A stretch of 62,912 nt of DNA, filler included, from Octopus bimaculoides (lineage: Eukaryota), in assembly GCF_001194135.2 (NCBI RefSeq). It is 4 parts of 4 records of this genome, joined end to end, with 100 filler letters (N's around TTAATTAATTAA, not from the genome) between each part and the next. Parts side by side here need not be neighbours in the genome. Positions count along the whole stretch, not along the records: positions 59,699 to 62,912 come from NC_069006.1; 3 more parts are not named here. One strand, given 5' to 3'. The notes under the pieces were generated by a model, which was given only the letters and a program-made list of their open reading frames with translations, was not told the DNA's origin and did not search any database. How positions within the stretch are numbered: position 1 is the stretch's first letter; every line of letters starts with the position of its first letter. The position numbers and the translations under genes are program-made. Positions 62,785 through 62,912 of the stretch are shown here, one piece after another.

Positions 62785-62869
62785 ACATCTACGGACCGTT
62801 TCTGAGATGTGTCTATTAATATGGTGTTGTACTCATATTAGAGATTAGACACTCCCTTCATCAGGATGT
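62785..62869 (-). ncRNA. Type I hammerhead ribozyme motif with fully intact core
   Basis: Minus strand ACAUC-CUGAUGA (62864-62858), extended helix II (GUGUCUA/UAGACAC and UAAUAUG/CAUAUUA), GAAA, ACGG-U-CCGU helix III, GUA triplet, GAUGU. Confidence 0.78.
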
Positions 62870-62912
62870 TTGTTTTACATATAGAGAGAAAGGAAAAAAA
62901 TATAGAGAACAT

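Noticed and set aside
1-62912. CRISPR arrays, rRNA genes or true tRNA genes
   Set aside because: None seen. The tRNA-like segments are SINE heads lacking a complete cloverleaf, and the tandem repeats are simple microsatellites.

Overview
AT-rich, microsatellite-dense eukaryotic genomic DNA with many N gaps. The repeat families and style suggest an octopod cephalopod draft assembly (inference). The only host gene I can support is a Delta-class Notch ligand on the minus strand. I reconstructed seven coding exons by hand, all with GT-AG sites and matching phases: 43736-43476, 41311-41251, 37686-37556, 36190-36021, 35575-35359, 34796-33932 and 22708-22573. They encode the end of the C2 domain, a DSL domain, 9 EGF repeats, a TM helix and a cytoplasmic tail ending in the PDZ motif ATEV. 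The ATEV exon lies about 11.2 kb beyond the TM exon and is missing from the supplied ORF track. The 5' exons were not found. The rest is decayed mobile DNA: RTE LINEs, Hero/NeSL-, R4/Dong- and CRE-like retrotransposons with restriction-like endonucleases, Penelope-like GIY-YIG fragments, mariner, hAT and piggyBac MITEs, and tRNA-head SINEs. The most notable non-coding signal is a set of minimal hammerhead ribozyme motifs with palindromic helix III. One family is a tRNA-headed SINE carrying a hammerhead, and it occurs twice as head-to-head inverted pairs just upstream of Delta EGF exons. Ribozyme activity, splicing and RNA editing are all predictions from sequence only.
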